A stretch of 64,000 bases of DNA from Minisyncoccota bacterium (GTDB taxonomy: Bacteria > Patescibacteriota > Minisyncoccia > UBA6257 > UBA9933), in contig JBAZEU010000001.1 of the NCBI GenBank assembly GCA_041653755.1, forward strand, positions 129,398 to 193,397, in the 5' to 3' direction. The number at the start of each line of letters is the position of its first letter. Position 1 is the stretch's first letter. The notes beneath the pieces were generated by a model, which saw only the letters and a program-made list of their open reading frames with translations, was not told the DNA's origin and did no database searches. The position numbers and the translations under genes are program-made. Positions 29,818 to 38,709 of the stretch are shown here, piece by piece.

Positions 29818-30540
29818 GTGATTAACAAAAAATCGAAAAAACCCAAATACATTATTGGTATAGATGAGGTTGGTAGGGGACCGTTGGCCGGACCAGTTGT
29901 GGTAGCGGCTTTAGCGCTCCCACAAAATTCCTGCCTGTCCGGCAGGCAGGCAAAATTAAGAATTAAAAATGCAGAGTTGAGAACTACGGAAAAATCTAAA
30001 AATTCTGAATTCTTAATTCTGCATTCTAAATTAGCGAAGCTTAGGGACTCTAAAAAACTTTCACCGCAACAAAGAGAAAAATGGTTTGATTGGGTAAAAG
30101 AAAATAAAATTCTATACGCAGTTGCATCAGTTTCGCCAAGAATAATTGATAAAATTAATATATCGAACGCCGCAAACTTAGCAGCCCAAAACGCTCTCGA
30201 GCGTTTAATTAAGAATGCCGTGCCTGCCGGCAGGCAGGCAGAATTCAGAATTAAGAATTGTAAGGTTTTCCTTGACGGCGGACTGTATCTAAAAAGATTC
30301 AAGATTCAAGATCTAAGATGCAAGACAGTTATTCGGGGTGACGAAAAAATTCCAGCGATCTCTTTGGCTTCAATTGTTGCAAAAGTCACGCGTGATAAAA
30401 AAATGAAGGAATTTCATAAAAAATATCCTCGTTATGGTTTTGATAAGCATAAGGGCTATGGGACGAAATATCATATCAGAGCCATCAAAAGAAATGGTGT
30501 TTCAAAAATACATCGAAAAAGTTTTTTGAAAAACTTTTGA
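29818..30540 (+). CDS. rnhB: ribonuclease HII with in-frame repeat insertions
   Basis: GIDEVGRGPLAGPV, DSKKLS, ASIVAKVTRD, HKGYGT. Confidence 0.93.
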   Translation: MINKKSKKPKYIIGIDEVGRGPLAGPVVVAALALPQNSCLSGRQAKLRIKNAELRTTEKSKNSEFLILHSKLAKLRDSKKLSPQQREKWFDWVKENKILYAVASVSPRIIDKINISNAANLAAQNALERLIKNAVPAGRQAEFRIKNCKVFLDGGLYLKRFKIQDLRCKTVIRGDEKIPAISLASIVAKVTRDKKMKEFHKKYPRYGFDKHKGYGTKYHIRAIKRNGVSKIHRKSFLKNF

Positions 30541-30625
30541 GATTTGACTATTTGACATAATCGATTGACTTCAGTATTATTAAGATAATTTTTAGCAACT
30601 TTAATTTAAAATAACGGAGGGGAAA

Positions 30626-30994
30626 ATGAACAGGGCAAAAGGCATTATTAGAACGATCGGCATAGGAAGGTTTGAAGAAATTTGTAATAGTATCGGTCTT
30701 GACGGGAAAGGTCTTGATCGGAAGCAAAGACATGTTTTGCGAAGAATTTTTAGACATTACGACAATATTAATGAAAGCAAAGAGCGTTATCCGAGCAGTG
30801 AAGAAGTGGAGAAAGGCAAGAAAAAATTTTTCGAGTATGAAGTAATACTGCATAAAGTTTCTAACTCTGAAGCAAAAATACTTTGCTCAGCTATCTCAAT
30901 GATTCAAAAAGAACGAGACAAGAAAGTTAGACAAGAATTACCCGCCCAACGAAACTCTGTTGGGCGGTTTTTTTTGTTGCTTGTTTATTGCTGA
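30626..30994 (+). CDS. hypothetical protein
   Basis: GGAGG SD; the 3' end runs through a terminator, so the C-terminus is uncertain. Confidence 0.5.
   Translation: MNRAKGIIRTIGIGRFEEICNSIGLDGKGLDRKQRHVLRRIFRHYDNINESKERYPSSEEVEKGKKKFFEYEVILHKVSNSEAKILCSAISMIQKERDKKVRQELPAQRNSVGRFFLLLVYC
30942..30975 (+). terminator. intrinsic terminator
   Basis: CCGCCCAAC/GTTGGGCGG stem plus T8. Confidence 0.75.
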
Positions 30995-31036
30995 GTTGAC
31001 AAAATCTTCTAATAAGCTAAAATAACTACCTATACA

Positions 31037-31330
31037 ATGAACCTCAAACCACTTTCAAACCATATTTTTATAGAGCCGGTTGAAGAAGAAAAGATTACTC
31101 AATCGGGTATTGTTTTGCCTGAAACAGCGGATAAAGAAAAGCCAATAAAGGGCAAAATTTTTGCTGTTGGTTTAGGAAAGAAAAACGATAAAGGAGAAAT
31201 AATCCCAATGTCTGTGAAAGTGGGGGATATGATTTTATTTAAAAAATACGGTCCTGACGAAATCGAAATTGAAGGGAAAAAATATTTGGTCGGCGATGAA
31301 GACGATGTATTAGCAATTTTGGAATCATAA
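31037..31330 (+). CDS. groES: co-chaperonin GroES
   Basis: LKPL, TQSGIVLP, VKVGD. Confidence 0.96.
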   Translation: MNLKPLSNHIFIEPVEEEKITQSGIVLPETADKEKPIKGKIFAVGLGKKNDKGEIIPMSVKVGDMILFKKYGPDEIEIEGKKYLVGDEDDVLAILES

Positions 31331-31332
31331 GT

Positions 31333-32955
31333 ATGGCCAAACAAATCTTATTTAATGAAAACGCAAGAGCGGCGTTAAAAAAGGGGATTGATAAATTAGC
31401 CGAAGCGGTCAAAATGACTTTGGGCCCGCGTGGACGAGCAGTTGTGATTGAAAAGGGTTATGGCGCGCCGCAGGTAACTTTCGACGGAGTTACTGTTGCC
31501 AAAGAAATTGACTTACAGGAAAAATATGAAAAGTTGGGCGCTGATTTCATTAAACAAGCCGCTGAAAAAACAAATGATAATGTAGGCGACGGGACAACCA
31601 CTTCGGTTGTTTTAGCGCACGCCATAATTGATGAAGGAGAAAAATTAATCCGCGAAAAAGGATTTAACGTCATTCAATTAGCCGAAGAGCTTAAGAAATC
31701 AAGCGAAGAAATTATAAAAAACTTAGAAAGCCAAAAGGAATTAATCGAAGAGAACAAAAAGATAAAAGAAGTAGCGACTTTAGCGGCTAAAGACGGAGAA
31801 ATGGGCAGTTTAATCGCCGAGGTAATGGAAAAGATCACTAAAGACGGCGCTGTCACGGTTGAGGATTCTAATACCGTGGGCAACTCTTATGAAATTGTTG
31901 AAGGGATGGAATTTGATCGTGGTTATATTTCTCATTATATGATGACTAATCCTGAAAGAATGGAGGCGGTTTTGGAGAACCCCTATATTTTAATTACTGA
32001 CAAAAAAATATCAGCAATTAACGAGCTTCTTCCTTTATTAGAAAAACTTATAAAAGAGGGGAAGAAAGAGCTTGCTATTATTGCTGAAGATGTTGATGGA
32101 GAAGCATTGGCAACGCTTGTTGTTAATAAGCTTCGAGGAATTTTCAATATTTTAGCCGTAAAGGCGCCAGGTTTTGGCGATAGGAAGAAAGAGATGCTTG
32201 AAGATATTTCTGTTCTTACCGGCGCTACTGTTGTTTCAGGGGATTTAGGAAAGAAGCTGGAAAATGTTGAAATAGCAGAATTAGGCCAAGCCCATCGAAT
32301 AGTTGCGAATAAAGATAAAACGACCATTGTTGGTGGTAAAGGAGATAAAAAATTTGTTGACGATAGAATCAGTCAAATTAAAAATCAAATCGCAAAAAGT
32401 GATTCAGAATTTGATAAAGAAAAATTGCAGGAACGGCTTGGAAAACTTTCTGGCGGCGTAGCGGTAATCAAAATTGGTGCGCCAACCGAATCAGCCCAAA
32501 AAGAATTGAAACAGAGAGTTGAAGATGCGGTTTTTGCGACTCGCGCAGCCATGGAAGAGGGAATTGTTCCCGGCGGAGGAATCGCTCTCTTCAACGCAAT
32601 TTTGAATAAAGAAAACAGTTCGATTTCCACTGCGGCCTATTCGATTTTAAATTACGCCTTACAGGCGCCTCTTTCATCGATTGTTACCAACAGCGGCGGG
32701 TCAGCCAATGTCGTTATTAAAGAATTAACAACCAAGAAAAAATTATACGCGGATAACTGGCTTGGTTTTAATGCGGTCACGAAAAAGATTGTTAATCTTA
32801 AAGAAGACGGGATTATTGATCCATTGAAAGTTGTTAAAACCGCTTTTATTAACGCGTTATCGGTAGCCAGCAATTATCTAGTTGTGGGCGCGGCGATAAT
32901 TGACTTGCCGGAGAAAAAAGACGATCACAATCATGCTTCGCCGGGAGAATACTAA
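31333..32955 (+). CDS. groEL: chaperonin GroEL
   Basis: TLGPRGR, GDGTTT, FDRGYIS, KAPGFGDR, EEGIVPGGG. Confidence 0.97.
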   Translation: MAKQILFNENARAALKKGIDKLAEAVKMTLGPRGRAVVIEKGYGAPQVTFDGVTVAKEIDLQEKYEKLGADFIKQAAEKTNDNVGDGTTTSVVLAHAIIDEGEKLIREKGFNVIQLAEELKKSSEEIIKNLESQKELIEENKKIKEVATLAAKDGEMGSLIAEVMEKITKDGAVTVEDSNTVGNSYEIVEGMEFDRGYISHYMMTNPERMEAVLENPYILITDKKISAINELLPLLEKLIKEGKKELAIIAEDVDGEALATLVVNKLRGIFNILAVKAPGFGDRKKEMLEDISVLTGATVVSGDLGKKLENVEIAELGQAHRIVANKDKTTIVGGKGDKKFVDDRISQIKNQIAKSDSEFDKEKLQERLGKLSGGVAVIKIGAPTESAQKELKQRVEDAVFATRAAMEEGIVPGGGIALFNAILNKENSSISTAAYSILNYALQAPLSSIVTNSGGSANVVIKELTTKKKLYADNWLGFNAVTKKIVNLKEDGIIDPLKVVKTAFINALSVASNYLVVGAAIIDLPEKKDDHNHASPGEY

Positions 32956-32976
32956 AATAAATCATTTAGCAGCTTA

Positions 32977-33014
32977 AAACAGGACACTTTCTTGCGGGAA
33001 AGCGTCCTGTTTTT
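32977..33014 (+). terminator. intrinsic terminator
   Basis: AAAACAGGAC..TTTC/GAAA..GTCCTGTTTT after groEL. Confidence 0.7.
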
Positions 33015-33097
33015 ATACAGCCGTTTTTTATGTTACAATTTATTTACCTGAAAAGGTCGAAGTATTAACAAAAAATAAAACAATAAAATATAAAATA

Positions 33098-33652
33098 ATG
33101 AAAAAAATATTAGTCGTATTACTCGCTATTATCGCTATTATCCTGCTTTACGGCTTATTCACTTATAACCGTTTAGTCAGTGGCCGAGAAAACATTGATA
33201 ATCAATGGGCACAAGTGCAAACTGAATATCAAAGGAGGTTTGATCTTATCCCAAACTTAGTGGAGTCAGTTAAAGGAGTGATGAAGCAAGAGCAGTCGAT
33301 TTTTAACGCTTTAGCCGAAGCTCGAACACATTATAGCGGTGCTCAAACCGTTGACGAAAAAGCAGCAGCCGCAACAGAAGTCGAAGGTGCTTTAGGAAAA
33401 CTTTTAGCCATCGTGGAGAATTATCCTCAATTGAAATCATCAGATAATGTTCAAACCTTAATGGCTCAGCTTGAAGGAACTGAAAATAGAATCAGCGTTG
33501 AGAGAAAAAGATTTAATGACAAAGTTCGCGATTTCAACTTAATGATCAAGCGTTTTCCGTCAAATATCGTTGCGCAAATGTTCGGTTTTTCTGAACGTTC
33601 ATATTTTGAAGCGCCTACTGAAACCCAGAATGCTCCAAAAGTAGAATTGTAG
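33098..33652 (+). CDS. lemA: LemA family protein
   Basis: YQRRFDLIPNLV, ENYPQLKS, LEGTENRI. Confidence 0.93.
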   Translation: MKKILVVLLAIIAIILLYGLFTYNRLVSGRENIDNQWAQVQTEYQRRFDLIPNLVESVKGVMKQEQSIFNALAEARTHYSGAQTVDEKAAAATEVEGALGKLLAIVENYPQLKSSDNVQTLMAQLEGTENRISVERKRFNDKVRDFNLMIKRFPSNIVAQMFGFSERSYFEAPTETQNAPKVEL

Positions 33653-34534
33653 ATGATTAAACGCCATTTAGTTTTAGGATTATTATTGCCAATAATAGTG
33701 CCGTTGGTTGTTTTTGCGTATGTAAATCCTGGTAAGCCGTCTGGTTTTGTAAATGATTTTGCCGGTCTTTTAAATGATTCTCAACGCCAACAGCTGGAGC
33801 AAAAGCTTTCGGCATTCGAAAAAAGCACAGGCAATGAAATTTCAGTAGTTACGATTTCTAATTTGGGAGGAGATACGATTGAGAGTTTTGCCGTAAAACT
33901 TTTTGAGGATTGGGGAATCGGCAAAAAAGGGAAAGACAATGGTGTGCTAATTCTTGTAGCAAAAGAAGACCGCAAAGTTCGTATCGAAGTCGGTTATGGG
34001 CTGGAAGGTTCTTTAACCGATGCCCAAAGTTATTGGATTATCAACAATGAAATTCTTCCTGCGTTTAAGCAAAATAATTTCTATCAAGGTATTGATAGCG
34101 CGACAGATAAAATTATTTCTGCTATCGGCGGAGAAGTAATCCCGTCAGCTGAGACAAATTCGAAAGCAAACAATAGCGGAGTTGATCCGATTGATTTGGT
34201 ATTTTTTGGATTTTTTGGATTGATGTGGCTTTCAAGTATTTTTGCCCGTTCAAAATCGTGGTGGGCCGGAGGTATTGTTGGGGGTATTGCAGGCGTTATA
34301 ATCGGCCTTATCAAGGGATTTATGTTTGTGGGGATCATCAGTTTGGGCGTTTTGATTCCTTTAGGCCTTCTTTTCGATTTTGTAGTTTCGAGATCTTATG
34401 CTAAAAGTAAGACATTAGGACAAAGGCCGCCCTGGTGGATTGGTGGGGGGAGTTCTGGCTCTGGGGGTGGCGGAGGATTTGGCGGGTTTGGCGGCGGAAG
34501 TTCTGGCGGCGGCGGCTCAAGCGGCAGTTGGTAA
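33653..34534 (+). CDS. TPM-domain membrane protein
   Basis: VNDFAGLL, WGIGKKGKDNGVL, RIEVGYGLEG, Gly-rich tail ending GSSGSW. Confidence 0.92.
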   Translation: MIKRHLVLGLLLPIIVPLVVFAYVNPGKPSGFVNDFAGLLNDSQRQQLEQKLSAFEKSTGNEISVVTISNLGGDTIESFAVKLFEDWGIGKKGKDNGVLILVAKEDRKVRIEVGYGLEGSLTDAQSYWIINNEILPAFKQNNFYQGIDSATDKIISAIGGEVIPSAETNSKANNSGVDPIDLVFFGFFGLMWLSSIFARSKSWWAGGIVGGIAGVIIGLIKGFMFVGIISLGVLIPLGLLFDFVVSRSYAKSKTLGQRPPWWIGGGSSGSGGGGGFGGFGGGSSGGGGSSGSW

Positions 34535-34551
34535 AAATATATACAAAATAC

Positions 34552-34950
34552 ATGGAAAAAATTGAATCTGAAAATTTAATCAAAGGAACAGAAGATGTGG
34601 AACGCTACGAGAAAATACGTGAAGAACTTTTAACTTGGCTTCCGGGGCAGGATCCGAAAAATCTATATTCTGATTTGATAAAAGCAGGCATGGAAGAAGG
34701 TAAGTTAACCAACGAACCGTTGGAAATATTTGCGCGCTTTAAAGAGGGGAAAATAACAATGGAAGAATTTATAGACGCAAGGGATGAATATGTTCGTGGC
34801 GTGGAAGGAAAGTTAGTCAAGCAAGAAAAATCAGAAAAGGAGCGCAACGAAGAGTTAGAGAAGGATAGCGGAATTGTTTTGCTTAATCTTCTATCGAACA
34901 AATTTAATACAGTTGAAGACACTCTAGAAAGATTGAAAAGAGGAAATTAA
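34552..34950 (+). CDS. hypothetical protein
   Basis: Glu/Lys-rich ORF from ATG 34552. Confidence 0.55.
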   Translation: MEKIESENLIKGTEDVERYEKIREELLTWLPGQDPKNLYSDLIKAGMEEGKLTNEPLEIFARFKEGKITMEEFIDARDEYVRGVEGKLVKQEKSEKERNEELEKDSGIVLLNLLSNKFNTVEDTLERLKRGN

Positions 34951-34961
34951 AATAAAATTTT

Positions 34962-35049
34962 GGAGAGGTCGCATAGTGGCCTAGTGCGTCCGCTTGGAAA
35001 GCGGATATACCGAAAGGTATCCAGGGTTCGAATCCCTGCCTCTCCGCCA
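34962..35049 (+). tRNA. tRNA-Ser(GGA)
   Basis: Anticodon arm TCCGC-TTGGAAA-GCGGA, long variable arm, CCA encoded. Confidence 0.95.
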
Positions 35050-35111
35050 AGTCGAGCGAGGTTATCCCGCTCGATACGCGCTAAATTTAAAACGAATAGC
35101 GAAAAAATAAT

Positions 35112-35948
35112 TTGAGTTCTAATATATACCAAAAAATTCTTGCTTTTTACCCCTTTCTAACTAAAAGAGAGAAAGATTCTTTTAAGAGAAAAGCCGCTCC
35201 TATTATAAGGAATGGTGCTTCCAATAATCTGGAATTAAAAGAAATAATTGAAAAATTATTGCGATTATTGAATAATCCACATGCTGATATTAAAAGATAT
35301 AAGAAATCAACAAAAAAAGAAGCCGAGAGAAAACATTCACCATCTTTTAACATAGAGAAGAAAATCATTTTTATAAAAATCTCTTCTTGGACAATGTGGC
35401 TCGGAGATTTTAGTAAAAAGTTAGTTAATGTATGCGTCAAAAATTTAAATAAATATGATGGGATAATCATTGATGTCAGAGAAAATTATGGCGGTTCTTC
35501 AAGCACAGCTTTTAATTTTGCAAGAATCTTCTTCGATAAATCAGTTATTTATGGAAGATTTATTAAGAGAATCTCGGATAAAGGATTAAAAACTAGCATA
35601 GGAAGATTATCGCCCGACAAAAAAAATTTTATTAATAAGCCGATTGTAATATTGGTCTCTAAAAAATGTTTTAGTTCAACAGAATTATTTCTTTCCCTTT
35701 TCAAAATTTCTAAAAGAGCGGTTATAATCGGCGAAAAAACCCGTGGCGGAAGCGGTTGCCCTATATCTGAAATAATAAAGATAAATAAGGTAAAATACAT
35801 TGTTAGAATACCAACTTGGAGATTTTTTCTAAAGGGGAAAAATAAACCAATAGAGAAAACAAAGATCAATCCCGACCTTACTTATAAAAAGAGCGATATT
35901 GAAGAATTTGCGAAAAAATATTTATTAGAACACCATAAAAACGATTGA
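35112..35948 (+). CDS. S41 family peptidase
   Basis: IIDVRENYGG, FSSTE, IIGEKTRG motifs; TTG start uncertain. Confidence 0.75.
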   Translation: MSSNIYQKILAFYPFLTKREKDSFKRKAAPIIRNGASNNLELKEIIEKLLRLLNNPHADIKRYKKSTKKEAERKHSPSFNIEKKIIFIKISSWTMWLGDFSKKLVNVCVKNLNKYDGIIIDVRENYGGSSSTAFNFARIFFDKSVIYGRFIKRISDKGLKTSIGRLSPDKKNFINKPIVILVSKKCFSSTELFLSLFKISKRAVIIGEKTRGGSGCPISEIIKINKVKYIVRIPTWRFFLKGKNKPIEKTKINPDLTYKKSDIEEFAKKYLLEHHKND

Positions 35949-36134
35949 GATGAACCATGCGATAAACTTAATAAATGAATTTGAGACAGATTTTAAAATT
36001 GTATAGCCAGTGAAATTAGACCTGCTCGAGACGCGTCATTGTGGTAGAATAAAACTAGTTAAAATAACATTATGGACTTGGCCGACCACGGTTCTAGCCC
36101 GAGACGACCCGCCAAAATTACGTAATTTTATTAT

Positions 36135-36623
36135 ATGGAAAAACTAAGAGATGTAACGCTCGTCTTTTTAATAGAAAAAGACGAGGGGAGAATAGATAAA
36201 ATTTGTCTTGCGATGAAAAAGAGAGGATTTGGAGCGAATAGATGGAATGGCGTCGGTGGAAAAGTTCATGATGGCGAAACCTTGGACCAGACCGCGAAAA
36301 GAGAGGCAAATGAAGAAATAGGAGTTGATTTGAAAAATCTTATTAAAATTGCCGAATTGTCTTTTTATTTTCCGCATAATTCGGATTGGAACCAAATGGT
36401 GCATGCGTATTTTTGTGAAGATTGGGAAGGCGATCCGGTTGAATCCGAAGAAATGAAACCCGATTGGTTTTCTATCCCAGAGATACCATATTCAGAAATG
36501 TGGCCAGCTGATAATTTTTGGCTTCCAGAAGTTATAAATGGTAATCTTTTAAAAGCTGTAATCCATTTCGGGGAAGGGGATGTTGTCTTGGATAAAAAAT
36601 TAGATATTATAGAAAAGTTTTAG
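36135..36623 (+). CDS. NUDIX hydrolase (8-oxo-dGTPase/MTH1-like)
   Basis: KKRGFG..WNGVGGK..GE....AKREANEE, EEMKP.WF, MWPAD. Confidence 0.9.
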   Translation: MEKLRDVTLVFLIEKDEGRIDKICLAMKKRGFGANRWNGVGGKVHDGETLDQTAKREANEEIGVDLKNLIKIAELSFYFPHNSDWNQMVHAYFCEDWEGDPVESEEMKPDWFSIPEIPYSEMWPADNFWLPEVINGNLLKAVIHFGEGDVVLDKKLDIIEKF

Positions 36624-36631
36624 AATTTATT

Positions 36632-37120
36632 ATGGAGAATAATCAATATCTACACGAAGTAGCGATAACGGCCATTATTATAAAAGATGGGAAATTTTTG
36701 ATTACCAGAAGATCCCCGAATAAAAAAAGATTTCCTGGGATGTGGACTGTGCCAGGCGGAAAAATGGAGTCCAATGATTATTTACAATTGCCTAAAGATA
36801 CAGAACATTATTGGTACAATGTCTTAGAAAGGACTTTAAGAAGAGAAGTGAAAGAAGAAGTTGGAATTGATATCGATAATATTGAATACGTGACAAGCTT
36901 AGCGACTGTCCACGTTGATGGCAGTCCTTCGTTGGTAATTTCTTGCGCAGCGGATTATATCTCTGGTGAAATCAAGCTTCAAGCCGAAGAAAATGACCAA
37001 TTCGCTTGGGTCAGCTTAGAGGAAGCGAAAAGTTATCAGCTTCTTGATGGAATTTATGACGAATTAGTAATGGTTGAGAATAAAAGGAATGGGGAAAAAT
37101 CCGAATGGAAACGTTTTTAA
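36632..37120 (+). CDS. NUDIX hydrolase
   Basis: WTVPGGK...RREVKEEVG. Confidence 0.85.
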   Translation: MENNQYLHEVAITAIIIKDGKFLITRRSPNKKRFPGMWTVPGGKMESNDYLQLPKDTEHYWYNVLERTLRREVKEEVGIDIDNIEYVTSLATVHVDGSPSLVISCAADYISGEIKLQAEENDQFAWVSLEEAKSYQLLDGIYDELVMVENKRNGEKSEWKRF

Positions 37121-37127
37121 TAAATCT

Positions 37128-37640
37128 ATGAACAAAAAACTTATTTTTATCATCGTAATAATTTTAATACTGGGAGGAGTTATTTTAAGTTTGAGATTAT
37201 TGAACGGCGGGGAGGACAATTGGATTTGCGTGAAGGATCAATGGGTGAAACACGGAAATCCAAGTTCACCGCAACCAACAACTGGTTGCGGGCAAGAGAT
37301 TATAAAGGGTTTTAGCAATGACAAAATTAAGCTCGATAATTTAAAATCTAACGATGAGATTTCGAGTCCGCTTACGATAACGGGGAAAATAAAAGGAACT
37401 TGGTTTTTCGAAGGAAGTTTTCCCGTGATTCTTGTTGATTGGGACGGCAAAATTATTGCGCAAGTTCCAGCTACGGCTAAAAGCGATTGGATGACAGAAG
37501 ATTTTGTGCCGTTTGAAGCAATAATTAATTTCCAAAAGCCCAGCTATGGGGAAAAGGGGAGCTTGATTTTCAAAAAAGATAATCCATCCGGGTTGCCGCA
37601 AAATGACGACGCGATAGAAATACCAGTAGTTTTCAAATAG
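37128..37640 (+). CDS. membrane-anchored Gmad2/Ig-like domain protein
   Basis: N-terminal TM, W.C....WVKHGNP, ISSPL.ITG...WFFEGSFP, DNPSG. Confidence 0.75.
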   Translation: MNKKLIFIIVIILILGGVILSLRLLNGGEDNWICVKDQWVKHGNPSSPQPTTGCGQEIIKGFSNDKIKLDNLKSNDEISSPLTITGKIKGTWFFEGSFPVILVDWDGKIIAQVPATAKSDWMTEDFVPFEAIINFQKPSYGEKGSLIFKKDNPSGLPQNDDAIEIPVVFK

Positions 37641-37647
37641 CAGTTAG

Positions 37648-37676
37648 TTGACAAAAAAGGAGAGGTGAAGTAGTAT
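37648..37676 (+). promoter_or_regulatory. promoter of rplJL operon
   Basis: TTGACA-17nt-TAGTAT. Confidence 0.7.
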
Positions 37677-37684
37677 ATCTATAT

Positions 37685-37790
37685 CCGTAGATAACAGGCA
37701 ACCATCCGCGCTATAGCGGGGCAAGTAAGTCCTGTCGAGGAAATACAATGAGTTAATTGTGTTTTGTGTCTGCGAGAGCAGACATTTTTT
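37685..37790 (+). promoter_or_regulatory. L10 ribosomal leader with attenuator hairpin
   Basis: CCGTAGA..CAGG...TAA..CCTG.CGAGG pattern of L10 leaders; TGTCTGC-GAGA-GCAGACA-T6 at 37767-37790; upstream of rplJ. Confidence 0.75.
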
Positions 37791-38086
37791 ATCCCTCACC
37801 CTTTAAGAATAAGATTATGTTTTTCGTTTATATATTGAGGTCAAGAAAAGATAATAGTTTTTATATAGGTTTTGCCCCAGAATTACGCAAAAGGTTGGAA
37901 AAACATAATCAAGGATTGGTGAGATCAACAAAAAACATCAGGCCAATGGAGCTAATATATTTTGAAGGATATAAATCAAAAACAGATGCTTTAATTCGTG
38001 AAAGAAGATTAAAACGTTTTACCAAAGGATTTGCGTCATTAAAAAGTCGTTTAGTAAATTCATTAAATTCTTGAAGGGTGAGGGAT
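37791..38086 (+). mobile_element. GIY-YIG cassette bounded by a 20-bp inverted repeat
   Basis: ATCCCTCACCCTTTAAGAAT (37791-37810) and ATTCTTGAAGGGTGAGGGAT (38067-38086), 19/20 complementary; mobility is inferred. Confidence 0.65.
37817..38074 (+). CDS. GIY-YIG nuclease family protein
   Basis: FVYIL...FYIG...RLEKHN...E...A..RE..LK; 85 aa from ATG 37817. Confidence 0.9.
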   Translation: MFFVYILRSRKDNSFYIGFAPELRKRLEKHNQGLVRSTKNIRPMELIYFEGYKSKTDALIRERRLKRFTKGFASLKSRLVNSLNS

Positions 38087-38594
38087 GAAGAGCAAACCAC
38101 AAAAACAAAAGGAAATGGATTCGGGAGAAAAGCTTTTGAAAGAAAGCGAGAATTTGATTTTCGTTAATTTTAGCGGAGCGACAATGGAGGATTTAAAGAG
38201 CTTAAGGGCGGACTTAAAAAAACAGAAGGATAGTTTTAAGGTTGTAAAGAAAAGATTATTGAAAATTGTTTTACAAAAACTTGGAGTTGATTTCGATCCG
38301 ACTCAATTTGATGCGCAAGTTGGGACTATTTTTGTAACCGATAAGGATATAGCTGTTGCAGCTAACGCGGTCCATAAATTATTTAAAGCAAAACAAAGAG
38401 CTAAGGCAGAATTTAATATTCTAGGCGGGTATGATATGGGAAATAAAGTTTTTATTGACGAGTCAAGAATGAAATTGATCGGACAATTACCGGCAAAAGA
38501 AGTTGTATTGGCACAGGTGTTGGGAATGATCGCATCGCCGATACAGTCAATGTTATATATATTAAATGAAAGGTCGAAACAGACGAAATCCTAA
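38085..38594 (+). CDS. rplJ: 50S ribosomal protein L10
   Basis: LR..L.....FKVVKKRL..., LPAKE..LAQV; precedes rplL. Confidence 0.9.
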   Translation: MKSKPQKQKEMDSGEKLLKESENLIFVNFSGATMEDLKSLRADLKKQKDSFKVVKKRLLKIVLQKLGVDFDPTQFDAQVGTIFVTDKDIAVAANAVHKLFKAKQRAKAEFNILGGYDMGNKVFIDESRMKLIGQLPAKEVVLAQVLGMIASPIQSMLYILNERSKQTKS

Positions 38595-38702
38595 TTTCTA
38601 AGCTCTAATTTCTAAACAAATTCAAATTATCAAAATCCAAAGAGTTTAGAATTTAGTTATTTAGACATTGTTTAGGATTTAGGTATTAGGATTTAGAATT
38701 TC
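38585..38702 (+). repeat. gene-less inverted heptamer-array element (MITE-like)
   Basis: Left arm (CTAANNN)n-AAACAA, right arm TTGTTT-(TTAGNNN)n; arms about 27/35 complementary. Confidence 0.8.
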
Positions 38703-38709
38703 AAAATAT

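Noticed and set aside
29796-30302. Antisense 168-aa ORF with repeated FLILN/CLP motifs
   Set aside because: Shadow of rnhB produced by the repeat inserts; the other short antisense ORFs over housekeeping genes and tRNAs were rejected likewise.
36072-36112. Guanidine-II- or preQ1-like riboswitch upstream of the NUDIX gene
   Set aside because: Stems are too short or mismatched, only one ACGA loop is present, and the downstream gene does not fit.
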